Assembly: GCA_964016885.1 (NCBI GenBank)
Contig: OZ024764.1
Location: 16,740,001-16,804,000, forward strand
Length of the DNA stretch: 64,000 nucleotides
Direction: 5' to 3'
DNA from: Eledone cirrhosa
Lineage: Eukaryota
Part shown: piece by piece, positions 1 to 15,100 of the stretch
How the letters are laid out: the number at the start of each line of letters is the position of its first letter
How positions within the stretch are numbered: position 1 is the stretch's first letter
Position numbers and translations under genes: made by a program
The notes under the pieces: generated by a model
Database searches by the model: none
Told to the model about the DNA's origin: nothing
Seen by the model: only the letters and a program-made list of their open reading frames with translations

Positions 1-391
1 TGGCAGTGAGACCTGGGCATTGTGTGCAGAGGATATACGCAGACTAGAGAGGAACGAAGCTTGCATGCTCCGCTGGATGTGTAACAGTAATATACGTGAA
101 CGGCAAAGCATAAACGAACTAAGGAATAAATTAGAGATAAGAGGGATCAGATGTTGTTTACTCGAGAGAAGGCTACGTTGGTATGGACACGTGATGCGCA
201 TGAAAGTCGATAGCTGTATAACAAAGTGCAGGGCAATAAAGATAGACGGTAGTCACGGAATAGGCAGACCTAGAAAAACCTGGGACGAGCTGATAAACTC
301 CGACATCACACACTTACACCTCTCCAAGACAATGTCACTGGACCGAGACCTTTGGCGGTACTCAGTAACAGAGAAGACCCGCCTTACCTAA
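1..391 (+). mobile_element. RTE-clade LINE, 3' end of the RT ORF
   Basis: [33 protein letters not shown] is the typical RTE C-terminal motif. Confidence 0.85.
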
Positions 392-480
392 ATATATAGT
401 AAAACCTACTCCAGCCAGTAGGCATCTCTAACAAAATACACCCCGTCCCACCACCCCCACCCGATCCACACCACCCCGTT

Positions 481-1131
<651 letters not shown>

Positions 1132-1320
1132 AATTGTTTCTACTTTTGGCACAAGGCCAGTAATTACCCAGTACATTACTGGTACTTTATTTTATCGACC
1201 CCGTAAGGATGAAAGGTAAAGTTAACCTCACAGGATTTTAACTCAGACCGTAAAGAGACGTAACTCTATGCTAGAAAACATGGCGTCCATAATAATATTA
1301 ATAACTGTATATATATATAT

Positions 1321-1890
1321 ATCATCATCATCATTTTACGTCCACTTTTCCCTGCTTGCAAGGGTGGGACGGGTCCTATTCAGCACAGCATCTCTCCACT
1401 TGTCACAGTCCTTCGACATCTCTTCCATGAGTTTCAGCGATCTGAGGTCTCTTTTTACCACCTCCCCCCATGTTTTTCGTGGTCTTCCTCTATTGCGTCT
1501 TCCTTCTACTGGCATTTCTTTACCCAGCGGTCATCCTCCATGCGCATCACATGTCCATACCATCTCAGTCTTCTCTCCTGCACTCTACAACCTATCCCTC
1601 TTATACCCAGTTTCTCTCTCACCACCTCCACCCATGTTTTTCATGGTCTTCCTCTACCATGTCTTCCTTCAACTGGGATTTCTTGGCACTTCTTTACCCA
1701 GCGGTCATCCTCCATGCACATCACATGTCCATACCATCTCAGTCTTCTCTCCCGCACACTACAACTTATCCCTCTCAGACACAGTTTCTCTCTCAACACA
1801 TCACATGTCCATACCACCTCAGTCTTCTCTCCCACACACTACAACTTATCCCTCTCAGACACAGTTTCTCTCTCAACACATCCATGCTCG
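1321..1890 (-). mobile_element. RTE LINE 3' fragments with internal duplications
   Basis: Minus-strand [38 protein letters not shown] and (gat)n tail. Further copies at 15830-16110 (+), 19545-19810 (-) and 39810-39980 (-). Confidence 0.8.
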
Positions 1891-1989
1891 GTCATTCACG
1901 TACATGTCTCTTCCTCCACAACTCTCTAAGGAATAATTGGCCAAAGATGAAGAAAAAGAAGAGAACATAGTAAAACCAGTAAGACTTAC

Positions 1990-4900
1990 CTGTAATTGGA
2001 GAGTTATGTGACATCGCAGGTACATGCCTCGTAGATTAGAGGCGCGAGTGTTGAAGATGGGGTAAAGTCCACTAGAATTTGGTGGAAGGGGGAGACAAGG
2101 AAAAAAAATTTCTTTATATATATCATATAGTATAAGGTACTATTTCACATTAGGTACATTTATGGCTATGTGGTCAAGGAGCTCATTTCACAATCATATA
2201 ATATAAGGTACTATTTCACATTAGGTACATTTATGGCTATGTGGTCAAGGAGCTCATTTCACAATCATATAATATAAGGTACTATTTCACATTAGGTACA
2301 TTTATGGCTATGTGGTCAAGGAGCTCATTTCACAATCATATAATATAAGGTACTATTTCACATTAGGTACATTTATGGCTATGTGGTCAAGGAGCTCATT
2401 TCACAATCATATAATATAAGGTACTATTTCACATTAGGTACATTTATGGCTATGTGGTCAAGCAGCTCATTTCACAATCATATAATATAAGGTACTATTT
2501 CACATTAGGTACATTTATGGCTATGTGGTCAAGGAGCTCATTTCACAATCATATAATATAAGGTACTATTTCACATTAGGTACATTTATGGCTATGTGGT
2601 CAAGGAGCTCATTTCACAATCATATAATATAAGGTACTATTTCACATTAGGTACATTTATGGCTATGTGGTCAAGGAGCTCATTTCACAATCATATAATA
2701 TAAGGTACTATTTCACATTAGGTACATTTATGGCTATGTGGTCAAGGAGCTCATTTCACAATCATATAATATAAGGTACTATTTCACATTAGGTACATTT
2801 ATGGCTATGTGGTCAAGGAGCTCATTTCACAATCATATAATATAAGGTACTATTTCACATTAGGTACATTTATGGCTATGTGGTCAAGGAGCTCATTTCA
2901 CAATCATATAATATAAGGTACTATTTCACATTAGGTACATTTATGGCTATGTGGTCAAGGAGCTCATTTCACAATCATATAATATAAGGTACTATTTCAC
3001 ATTAGGTACATTTATGGCTATGTGGTCAAGGAGCTCATTTCACAATCATATAATATAAGGTACTATTTCACATTAGGTACATTTATGGCTATGTGGTCAA
3101 GGAGCTCATTTCACAATCATATAATATAAGGTACTATTTCACACACACACACATATATATAGACACACATACATACATAAACATAGGCACAAACACATAC
3201 ATACATACATACACATACACACATACATACCTGACCCTAGAAACATTCAGACATGGACCAGTGACCAGAACAAACATACCTGACCCTAGAGACCTTCTTC
3301 TCTTGTCCCCGGCACAGATTTCGCAATGGCACCCACACAGAACCAATCAACTTATTCTTCGGTCTAGACATCCAAGCATCCCCTCGTTGGTTAGCAGAAG
3401 TCCTCAATAAAGTGACCCCATCTCCACCACCTTCAATGTCGGCAAGGGAGTTGTCTCCAGATGAGAACCAAACTTTGATCTCGAGTTTTTCTTCCTTTAA
3501 AAACCTTTCAGGGTTTTCAGATAAAAGGAAAGAAAAAAGAAAAAAGAAAACAAGACAAAAATAAATTATTACCATCTCCACCATCACTATCATCATCATC
3601 ATCACCATTATCATCACCCTCACCACTATCATCCTCACCATCGCCACAACCACCACCATCATCATCATCATCATCATCATCACCATAAACACCATCACCA
3701 TCATTTAACATCTTTCCCTGCCAGCAAGGGTTTCACGGGTCTACCTAAACCAAGTCAGTACTGAAGCAGAGCCACTAACCTCTCAGACAGGCCAAGGAGT
3801 CTGCATCCTGCTTACATGCAGTCATATCGAATGAAAGGTCCCCATAACCCTTTATTTGGCAGGCTTCCAACAGCTGGAATCCCTTCTTCTAACCAACCAC
3901 TCTACAGTATATGTTTATTCTGTAAATCCCCAACACTAGGGAGGTTGTCAAGTCCTTGACACAACTAAATGGTCCTCCCAACCCTTTGTTTGGCAAGCTT
4001 TCTACAGCTGGATGCCCTTCCTAACACCAACCACTTTACAGGGTGTACTGGGTGCGTTTAGTGTAGAGATCACCAGCAGTATAAATAAATATTTACGTAA
4101 AAAAAAAATGGCCTTGTTAAGGTATTGGACTTAAGATCATAATGTCATGGGTTTGATTGTTGAACTGGGTTCTGTGTCGTGCTCTTGAGCAAAACACTTC
4201 ATTTTATATTGCTCCAATGTACTAGGTTGAGGAAAAAGTTTGTGCGCCGTGTTAAAATAATGATTTTTTATGCCAGAATTTATTCAAAAAACAACAAATA
4301 TTCTTCAAAATAAAGACCTTCATTGTCCACGGTCTTCTGCCAACGACCTGCAAGCTTTCGGATTTGGTCATGGTTCCAATCCTTCGGCTTTGAATCGAAA
4401 AATTCTTGACAGGCTTCTTCAACTTCATCGAATGACTCACATCAGAGACCTTTCATAAAGTGCTGCATTGATTGGAAGAGACTGTAGTCAGATGGAGCAA
4501 CGTCTGGGCTATGGGCTGGATGCGGCAGAACTTCCACACCGTCCAAACACGGCGCACAAACTTTTTCCTCAACCTAATACTAAGCTGAAAATGAGTTCCA
4601 ACAATAGCTATGATGGACTGGCACCCTATCCAGGGGAAGTCTTATACTCTCAATCAGTTAATGGCAAGGAAAACAGAATAAGCAAAGGCCTAATCAGACA
4701 CAGCTTTTGTGGGAGACTTTAACGTTGAGATGGACTAGCATCATATCCAGGTCCACACCAACCCCACCACTTTCCACCTTTCCCTACCCAATCAACATAC
4801 ACATTAGTCAATGAATCAACAACAAAAATCAAACCCCTTTTACCATAGCAGTGGGGTTGATAGGTCAACAAGGAAAGTGTTTTGATGTCCGGCTTTCAGA

Positions 4901-7900
4901 GAGACAAAGTCCTTCCCGTGGACTTTTACTGGTATTTTATCCGATGTAAACTGTCCTGTAGTTAAACAGAAGAAATTAAAATGAGATTTACTGTTCACAC
5001 CTATACAAATTTCAACGATAAGAGTGGGTATTTGGAACATAACTTAACAAAGGTTCTTACATAAAAATCGTGATGGAAGGTTTTTAGATAAATATAAACA
5101 CTTTAACCCTTTCATTACCATATTTCTAATGAAAGACACTGTTGGTGTTTGGAACATAACTTAACAAAGGTTCATACATAAAATTATGATGGAAGGTTTT
5201 TAGATAAATATAAACACTTTAACCCTTTCATTACCACATTTCTAATGAAAGACACTGTTGGTGTTTGGAACATATCTTAACATAGGTTCTTACATTAAAT
5301 TATGATGGAAGGTTTTTAGATAAATATAAACACTTTGAAACAAACAATTTTAGATGATAAAAGCAGGGGTAGTTTCTTGCAGTTTTATATCAATATTAAA
5401 TAATATATACCTACCTTTATCATCAAAAGTGTATTTGAAGTAAGAGAAGCCAGTTCTGTCCAGGCTTGTTTGTCCAGGAAGGAGGCAGTTTTTTACAGCA
5501 AGCCTCATATCATCAATATTTAATGTTACCTGAAGACATCTGCCATTTGTAAGGTCTGTTGGAATAATAATAATAATAATAATAATTGTTTCTACTTTTG
5601 GCATAAGGCTAGCAATTAGTCCAGTGTATTACTGGTACTTTATTTTATCGACCCTGTAAGGATGAAAGGTAAAGTTAACCTTGACGGGATTGGAACTCAG
5701 ACCGTAAAGAGCCGTAACTCTATGCTGCAAAGATATAGAGTACCACAGGACTTACAAATATATACAGTATACAAAAGATAGCACTACTAGGCACTGTATA
5801 TATATTATATAGAGTACCACAGGACTTACATATATATATAACATACAGAAGATAGCACTACTAGGCACTGTATATATATAAAGTTGTATTCCTGTTTGTT
5901 TGTTCACAAACTCCTCTTATGGTTTTGGAGATAGGACCCCCCCATAACCATATATATTCTGAAACTACATTGCCCAGGGTACTTGGCTAAGTATATTTCA
6001 TTTTAATCAAAGGGTTCCCCAGAGGCACAAAACCCTGCTGAAAATATTTTCCCTTCAATTTATATGAAATTTAAACCATAGGTTTATCTACTATATAAAT
6101 TGGAAGTGGTCGGACATTGTATATATAGGTGTAGTCGGATAAACGTTGAAACGGCTTGGTGGAATGCAGCGAAAATTTACACAGTTATGCAGAATGACCC
6201 GGGGAGGCATCGGGTGGACTTTCACGCTACAAGCTTCCATGGTTACGAAGAAAATCGATGAAACAGGAATTTCCCATTCAAATTGAACTGACGTCACGCC
6301 TGTATCGTGAACGGTCGATTACGAGATTTGATGTTTTGCACGTTCTAAGCAGACTTCTACTGCATAAACAACACATTCAAATTAATAAAGTATACTTTGC
6401 ATTTCATTAGTTTATTTAACTACAATAAGCAGTTTAAATGGGTGGCATTCCGGTGGTTCGTTTTTCACTTCAAAATCATATTTCTGTTCCCAACCTTATT
6501 TGACAGTAAATTTATTAGGATTTCGGTTTGTTAGACTTAATATTTTTTGTTTTTTGTTGGTTTCTTGGTGGAGAAAAGAAGTTGAATTCTTATCAGTGAA
6601 CCAAATCTCCCAGGTAAAACCAGGTTAAACAGCTAGTATATATATATATATATATATACAGCATACAAAAGATAGCACTAATCCAAACTTACCTCCAATA
6701 TTGTTGGTCAAGGAATATCTTTCTGGAAGAGTCCAATTGCAAGTCTCGGCAGTTTGGATGACCCGGTCAAGGTCGTTGGCTTGAGAGAACTTTACGCTGA
6801 CCTCGACACCACCTACCACGTGCTCCAGCTGGCCTGACGTCTCAACTATGACCAGCCGGGAAGAGTCCTTGCTGATGGGTTTGTTGACAGGGAACCATCC
6901 ATGGACACCTGGGGTGCGGGAGGGAGAGTTAAACAACAACAAAATATCATCATCATCATCACCACCATCACCATTATCCACATCACCGCCACCACCACTA
7001 CCATCACCATCATCACTATCACCACCACCACTAACACCATCATCACCACCACCACCAACACCATCACCATCATCACCAACACCACTACCACCACCACCAC
7101 CACCACCATCACCACCACCACCACCACCACATTTATCAACACCAACACCACCACACCATCATCACCTCCTCCAACACCACCACCACCATCATCACTATCA
7201 CCACCACTACCACCACCACCACCATCATCACCACCACCACCACATTTATCAACACCAACACCACCACACCACCATCACCTCCTCCAACACCACCACCACC
7301 ACCACCACCACCACCATCATCACCACCACCACCACATTTATCATCACCAACACCATCACCATCATCACCAACACCACTACCACCACCACCACCACCACAC
7401 CACCATCACCTCCTCCATCACCACCACCACCACCACCATCATCACCACCACCACCACCACATTTATCAACACCAACACCACCACACCATCATCACCTCCT
7501 CCAACACCACCAACACCACCACACAGTCCCAGATATAAGAAGCTACTAACCAGTGGCACTGTTAAGCAGTACAGTGAGGGGTACCGAGGTATTTCCCAGT
7601 AAGATGTCTTCATATTTCACACAGGAGATTCCTGGTTCTAATCCAGAGATGGAAAAAAGAAAAAAAAAAATAGAAAGGGCCCATAGAGATATCAGTAATA
7701 TCAAATAGACCAACTGTATATATATATATATAATTGTTTCTACATTAGGCACAAGGCCAGCAATTACCCAGTGCATCACTGGTACTTTATTTTATCGACC
7801 CCGTAAGGATGAAAGGCAAAGTCAACCTCGGCGGGATTTGAACTCAGATCGTAAAGGGACGTAACTATGCTGGAAAGCATGGCGTCCGACCCTCTACATA

Positions 7901-8233
7901 ATATATATATATATATATACACACACATATACAGTTGGTCTATTTGATATTATTCAATTTGATATTATTCAAATAGAACTCAAAACGTAGAGTTCTAGTT
8001 TTGGATATGTCACTATCTATAAAACAACTTTTGTATTTTATCTGATGAGAGCGTACCAAAAATGTTGGTACCCTTGAAATATATATAATAAAATAAATAT
8101 GGTTTTATAAAGATAGTTTCCATTTATTAATATTATACTCCAGAAGAAATCCCGTTGAGTGCTTCGAATCTGTTATAAACTAAATTTGTTGAATAACCAA
8201 CAAATTAAATAACTCATTGCTTATATGTATGTA

Positions 8234-8278
<45 letters not shown>

Positions 8279-10667
8279 AAAAGGTAAACAGAAATAACAA
8301 CACAATCAGTACAGTATATGGAAGGGATATATTAGGTTAACGCTTGACATAGCAGGAAGAGGGTCTTAACGTTTCGGACGCTAGTCCTTCATCAGAAGAA
8401 AGAATGAGAAATAAGATAGATTGAAGGGGACGGGCAGGGATGGAATTGGAAAAAATGTCTTTAGATAAAAATAACAGGTCCATTCATGTTGACAATATAT
8501 ATATATATATAAAAGAGAAATAAACACAGATATATAGATGCATGTGTTCAAATTGTAAGGAACCAGGATCGCTAGGTTAGTATTTTTTTCACCCTAGCAA
8601 TCCTGGTCCCTTACGATTTGAACACATATATGTATATATCTGTGTTTATTTCTCTTTTTTTATTCAATAATATACGGTTCGGAAAAATCTCTTTTCTTGA
8701 GCTATTTAATTGTAAGAGATTATTTTGAGTTTCTAACTCAATATATACCTTTTATATCATCATCATCATCATCATCATCATCATTTATTGTCTATCTTCC
8801 ATGCTAGCATGAGGCAAGGTTGGTTGGGTGACCGTGTCTCGCTCGTATAGGACTATCTGGCAGGTTTTCTACGGCTGGAGGCCCTTCCTAGCACCAACCA
8901 CATTACAGCGTGGACTGTGTGTTTTTTGTTGTGACCCCTACACGATCGCGATCTCATTATCTCATTAATTTGGACTGGATGTTGTGGTACCAACTTTACA
9001 GAGAAAGGCTGGTGTTTATATATATTTATATATCATCATCATCATCATCTTACGTCCACCTTTCCTTGCTTGCAAGGGTGGGACGGGAACTGATTCTGGC
9101 TTGATTTCTACAGCTGGATGCCCTTCCTAACACCAACCTCATTTACAGTGGAATGATAGGGACCCCAGTTCTACAGCTGAGTAAACTGTATATTTAATTA
9201 GAAAGTGTACAACACAAAATATAACTACTCCATTACCAAAGGTTTCTGGATCCCAGACAATAATAATATACGTCTGGATCGTTCATCAGACAGAGATGTT
9301 ATAGATAAAATATATATTTTATCTATAACATCTCTGTCTGATGAACAATCCAGACGTATATTATTATTGTCTGGGATCCAGAAACCTTTGGTAACTCTCA
9401 CAGTAGTTCCTTACCTGAGATAGCTTGGTGCCAGAGTTCCAGGCACAGTGCCCCGGTCTCCAGTTGCTCCGCCAGACAACACACTGTGCTATGGTCAGTT
9501 GTCACCAGGGGGCAGTAGAAGTCAATATATTGTCCAACCTCAGCATGGAAACACTTCGCCATTGTCCTTGTTGTGAATACTCGCTGACAAACAGACAGAT
9601 ATTAACCCTTTAGCATTATATATACTATTGTATTTTCACAGTAAAGGCTTTACCTCACATAATATCTCACATAGCATTTACATTACTCTATATATACTAT
9701 TGTATTTTCACAGTAAAGGCTTTACCTCACATAATATCTCACATAGCATTTACATTACTCTATATATACTATTGTATTTTCACAGTAAAGGCTTTACCTC
9801 ACATAATACCTCACATAACATTTACATTACTCTATATATACTATTGTATTTTCACAGTAAAGGCTTTACCTCACATAATATCTCACATAGCATTTACATT
9901 ACTCTATATATACTATTGTATTTTCACAGTAAAGGCTTTACCTCACATAATATCTCACATAGCATTTACATTACTCTATATATACTATTGTATTTTCACA
10001 GTAAAGGCTTTACCTCACATAATATCTCACATAGCATTTACATTACTCTATATATACTATTGTATTTTCACAGTAAAGGCTTTACCTCACATAATATCTC
10101 ACATAGCATTTACATTACTCTATATATACTATTGTATTTTCACAGTAAAGGCTTTACCTCACATAATACCTCACATAACATTTACATTACTCTATATATA
10201 CTATTGTATTTTCACAGTAAAGGCTTTACCTCACATAATATCTCACATAGCATTTACATTACTCTATATATACTATTGTATTTTCACAGTAAAGGCTTTA
10301 CCTCACATAATATCTCACATAGCATTTACATTACTCTATATATACTATTGTATTTTCACAGTAAAGGCTTTACCTCACATAACATTTACATTACTCTCTA
10401 TATACTATTGTATTTTCACAGTAAAGGCTTTACCTCACATAATATCTCACATAACATTTACATTACTCTATATATACTATTGTATTTTCTCAGTAAAGGC
10501 TTTACCTCACATATCTCACAATATTGAATCTGAGATTTTTATTTTATTTATTTTAAGAACAATACCTTAACATCAGTATAAGTAGCCATTTACAGCTGGT
10601 TTGAACAGAAAGAGGTGAGAGAATTCTGGCTGGATACGGCCGATTTGAATGTTAAACACACACACAC

Positions 10668-10700
<33 letters not shown>

Positions 10701-11810
10701 ACAGTCACACTCACAATATATACACACACACATATAACACACTCACACACACATAACACACTCACAAACACACACACATATAACACTCACACACACGTAT
10801 AACACACACCCACACATACACACAATGTAAAGTTGAGACCAAAATTAGGGATCTACTTACATCATCAATGAAAGAGAACCTGGCTTTTACGTAGAGGTTG
10901 ACCCCTACTTTAGCAGGGTACTGCATCTCTGGAGTGTGAAGGGCACACATCTCCGCAGCAGACTGAAAGCAACCCAAGAAAAAGGGACCACTGAGAACAT
11001 GTTATCAGGGATCCCAGTGCATTCAGAGTTCAAATCCCGCCGAGGTTAACTTTGCCTTTCGTCCTTACGGGGTTGTTAAGATAAAATACCAGTCACGCAC
11101 TGGGGTCCATTTAATTGACTTTGCCCCTCCCCCAAAATTGCTGGCCTTGAGCCTTTATAAGAAACCCTTGTTATGGATTGGCAGAATGGATAGAGCATCA
11201 GACACCATGTTTCACGGCAGAGAGTTGCGGCCCTTTATGCTCTGGCTTCAAATCCTACTGAAGTTAGCTTTGCCTTAAAGTACCAGTGCATTACTGGTAC
11301 TTTAAGGCAAAGCTAACTACGTGACTGATACTTTATTCTATAGACCCCGTAAGGATGGAAGGCAGAGTTGACCTCGGTGGGATTTGAAAATAATAATTAT
11401 TATTATTAGCCCTGAGAATGAGAGGCAGAGAGTGAGGGAGAGGGAGAGGGAGAGTGAGGGAGTGATAGAGTGAGAGAGAGATAGAGAGAGAGTGAGGGAG
11501 AGAGATAGAGTGAGGGAGAGATAGAGAGAGAGTGAGGGAGTGAGGGAGAGAGATAGAGTGAGGGAGAGATAGAGTGAAGGAGAGATGGAGAGAGAGTGAG
11601 GGAGTGATAGAGTGAGGGAGTGATAGAGTGAGAGAGAGATGGAGAGAGTGAGGGAGAGAGAGAGTGAGAGAGTGATAGAGTGAGAGAGTGATAGAGTGAG
11701 ATAGAGATAGAGTGAGGGAGAGATAGAGTGAGAGAGAGATAAAAAGAGAGTGTGAGTGTGTGTGAGAGAGAGAGAGATAGAGAGAGAGATAAAAAGAGAG
11801 TGTGAGAGAG

Positions 11811-11842
<32 letters not shown>

Positions 11843-12100
11843 TGAGAGAGAGATAAAAGAGAGTGTGAGAGAGTGTGAGAGAGTGTGTGAGAGAGAGAGA
11901 GAGAGAGATAAAAAGAGAGTGTGAGAGTGTGTGTGAGAGAGAGAGAGAGAGAGAGTGAGAGAGAGATAAAAAGAGAGTGTGAGAGTGTGTGTGAGAGAGA
12001 GAGAGAGAGAGAGTGAGAGAGAGATAAAAAGAGAGTGTGAGAGTGTGTGTGAGAGAGAGAGAGAGAGAGAGTGAGAGAGAGATAAAAAGAGAGTGTGAGA

Positions 12101-12143
<43 letters not shown>

Positions 12144-15100
12144 AAAGAGAGTGTGAGAGTGTGTGTGAGAGAGAGAGAGAGAGAGAGTGAGAGAGAGATA
12201 AAAAGAGAGTGTGAGAGTGTGTGTGAGAGAGAGAGAGAGAGAGAGTGAGAGAGAGATAAAAAGAGAGTGTGAGAGTGTGTGTGAGAGAGAGAGATAAAAG
12301 AGAGTGAGAGAGAGATAAAAAGAGAGTGTGAGAGAGATGAAGAAACATACCTGAAGGCCACAGGTGCGAAGTATAGCAACAGAGATATAAATAGATGGCT
12401 GTGCTGGGGAGGTATTGACCACTGGAGGTAGATGCCTGGACAGCTAGGAAGGTAATTTACATATATTTAACATAATCTTATATAAGAACCATATGTTAAG
12501 TTATTATCTTAACTAGCAGAAAAATCACCTTTCGGGTGGTTTTCTGCTAGCGTATGTAGTGTGCATCACCCGAGGTAACACTGCAAGTGTGCTGGCTTGC
12601 CTCAAAACTCATTAGAGAGGTTGCCCAGTGCCCCTCGCTGCTGTCTTTTGCTCTGGTGTTGGCTCCGTTGTTCACCCCTTCCTTTATATTTTCTTTAATA
12701 TTGCAACCTTAAAGGAATATATTTTTCTGACAGAATCGCGAGCAATTTATAATTGTTTCTAGTTTAGGCACAAGGCCAGCAATTACCCAGTGCATTACTG
12801 GTACTTTATTTTATCGACCCCGTAAGGATGAAAGGCAAAGTCAACCTCGGCGGGATTTGAACTCGGATCGTAAAGGGACGAAACTATGCTGGAAAGCATG
12901 GCGTCCGACCCTCTACCGATACTGCCAATCCACCGCGAGCAATTTATAATGTTGTCTAAACATTTGTAATGTTATTTATGAATATATTTAAAACATATTT
13001 GTTATGTTATTCTACTGTAAATTTATTTATATGCTTTGTATATATCATGTGTTCATATTTTCACTCCCATTTGTAACGTTATTTAATAAAATAAAAATAT
13101 ATATACATGTAGATATGATACATCAAATAAAATTAAAATATATATACATGTAGATATGATACATCAAATAAAATTAAAATATATATACATGTAGATATGA
13201 TACATCAAATAAAATCGTAATTGACAATATTCACAGAAATTGAACAAAGACTATGTTACACTGTCTTATGTAATCAGTGAAGTAATCCATGATACATTAA
13301 GAAAAGACAATATTATATATAAACTGCATTAAGAGTAAATTAGTGACGGAAATATATGAATGCTTAGGAAGTGTGACATTTGAAAATTTTAAAGAAGTGA
13401 ATCTTTAAATAAACAAAATATATTTAATGAACAACTATGAAATTTAATGGATAAATTATGTAATATCCATTCATTAATCCAACTTATTTTACTGACTGGA
13501 TTAAAAGAAATAAACTGTACACAGTCCCGCACTCTTTACTTTATTGTGGTTCAGATAATGAAATAATTAATAATTTGATACCAGCCCAGCCAAAACCAGC
13601 TCTGGTTCTATGAAATAAAACCACCCATTTTAAGGGTTTTTTTAATTGAAATTAAAACCTTACATAATATCGAATCTATTAAAATTAAAATCTTCCAACA
13701 TAATTTTATATAATTATAATTAAAACAGCATGTATGAGATAATATTTACCTGCTTCAGGTGAGTTTTGTAGGTAATAATAATGTTCAGCTGTCCAGCATT
13801 TATCTGAAAGTAATAAAATTATCTGAATAACATCCAGCCATAGAAAGACTGTGAAAGAAAGGTTTGGGAAGACCTTTCAGTTGTGTCAAGGACATAGCAA
13901 CTTAATGTTGGTGATCTACACACTCAGTACATACTGTGAAGTGATTGGTGATAGGAAGGTCATCCAGCTGTAGAAAGCTTGCCAAATAAGGGTTAGGGAC
14001 GATCCCTCAGTTGTGTAAAGGACATGACAACCTCCGTAGTGTTATGTTCCAAACACCAACAGTGTCTTTCATTAGAAATATGGAAATGAAAGGGTTAAAG
14101 TGTTTATATTTATCTAAAAAACCTTCCATCATAATTTTATGTAAGAACCTTTGTTAAGTTATGTTCCAAACACCAACAGTGTCTTTCATTAGAAATATGG
14201 TAATGAAAGGGTTAATTAAAGGGCAGCAGGGGTTTGAAGAAGAAACAGCAAAGCTGTAAAAGAGATAAAAAAAAAAACAGAACACTCACTTCTTCAGTGC
14301 TTGGTGTGTCACTTGTTACCTTGGCCACGGTGAGGGGCAGTCTGAACTTCTGTGTGAGGGGCTGATTGTTGTAGAGGGACACCATTGTACACAGCTTCAC
14401 TAGAGGTAGTGTTGCCTGGGGAGGCGGGAAAGAAGAGGGAGTTCAGTTTGTGTGTGTGTGTGTACATGTATGTATGTATGTGTGTATATGTATGTATGTA
14501 TGTGTGTATGTATGTGTATATTATTATTATTGTTATTATTATTATTGTTATTAATGTATATGTGTGTGTGTATATATATGTGTGTGTATATATGTATATG
14601 TGTATATATATTTTTATTTTTTTTATTTTTTTTAAATTTATAAAATTTTTTTTTCCTCTCCTCGTGCAATTGCCATACTCGATAACGAGGGGGCAGCCAT
14701 CATGTATGTATATATGTATATATATATATATATATATGTGTGTGTACGTATGTAGAAAACAGCCCCCTCCATGTTAGATAGTTCGTCAGTAAGTGAACAG
14801 GTGCACTGTTTACCTTAGCAATGACTTGGTCCCTCGCAGTCTGAAGGTAGAGACGACGGCAGACCTGGAAGACGACATCGTTTACCTGGCCCTCGCAGTC
14901 AACACATCCTGTAGAGATAACAAGGGTTCCTTAGATAGGCACAAGGCCAGTAATTTTTTTTTGGGGGGGGGAGTCGATTAAATCCACCCCCAGTGTATTA
15001 CTGCTACTTTATTCTATCAACCCCAGTGTATTACTGGTACTTTATTCTATTAACCCCAGTGTATTACTGCTACTTTATTTTATCAACCCCAGTGTATTAC

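Noticed and set aside
2131-3140. CRISPR-like regular arrays
   Set aside because: Head-to-tail units without unique spacers, eukaryotic context, no cas genes.
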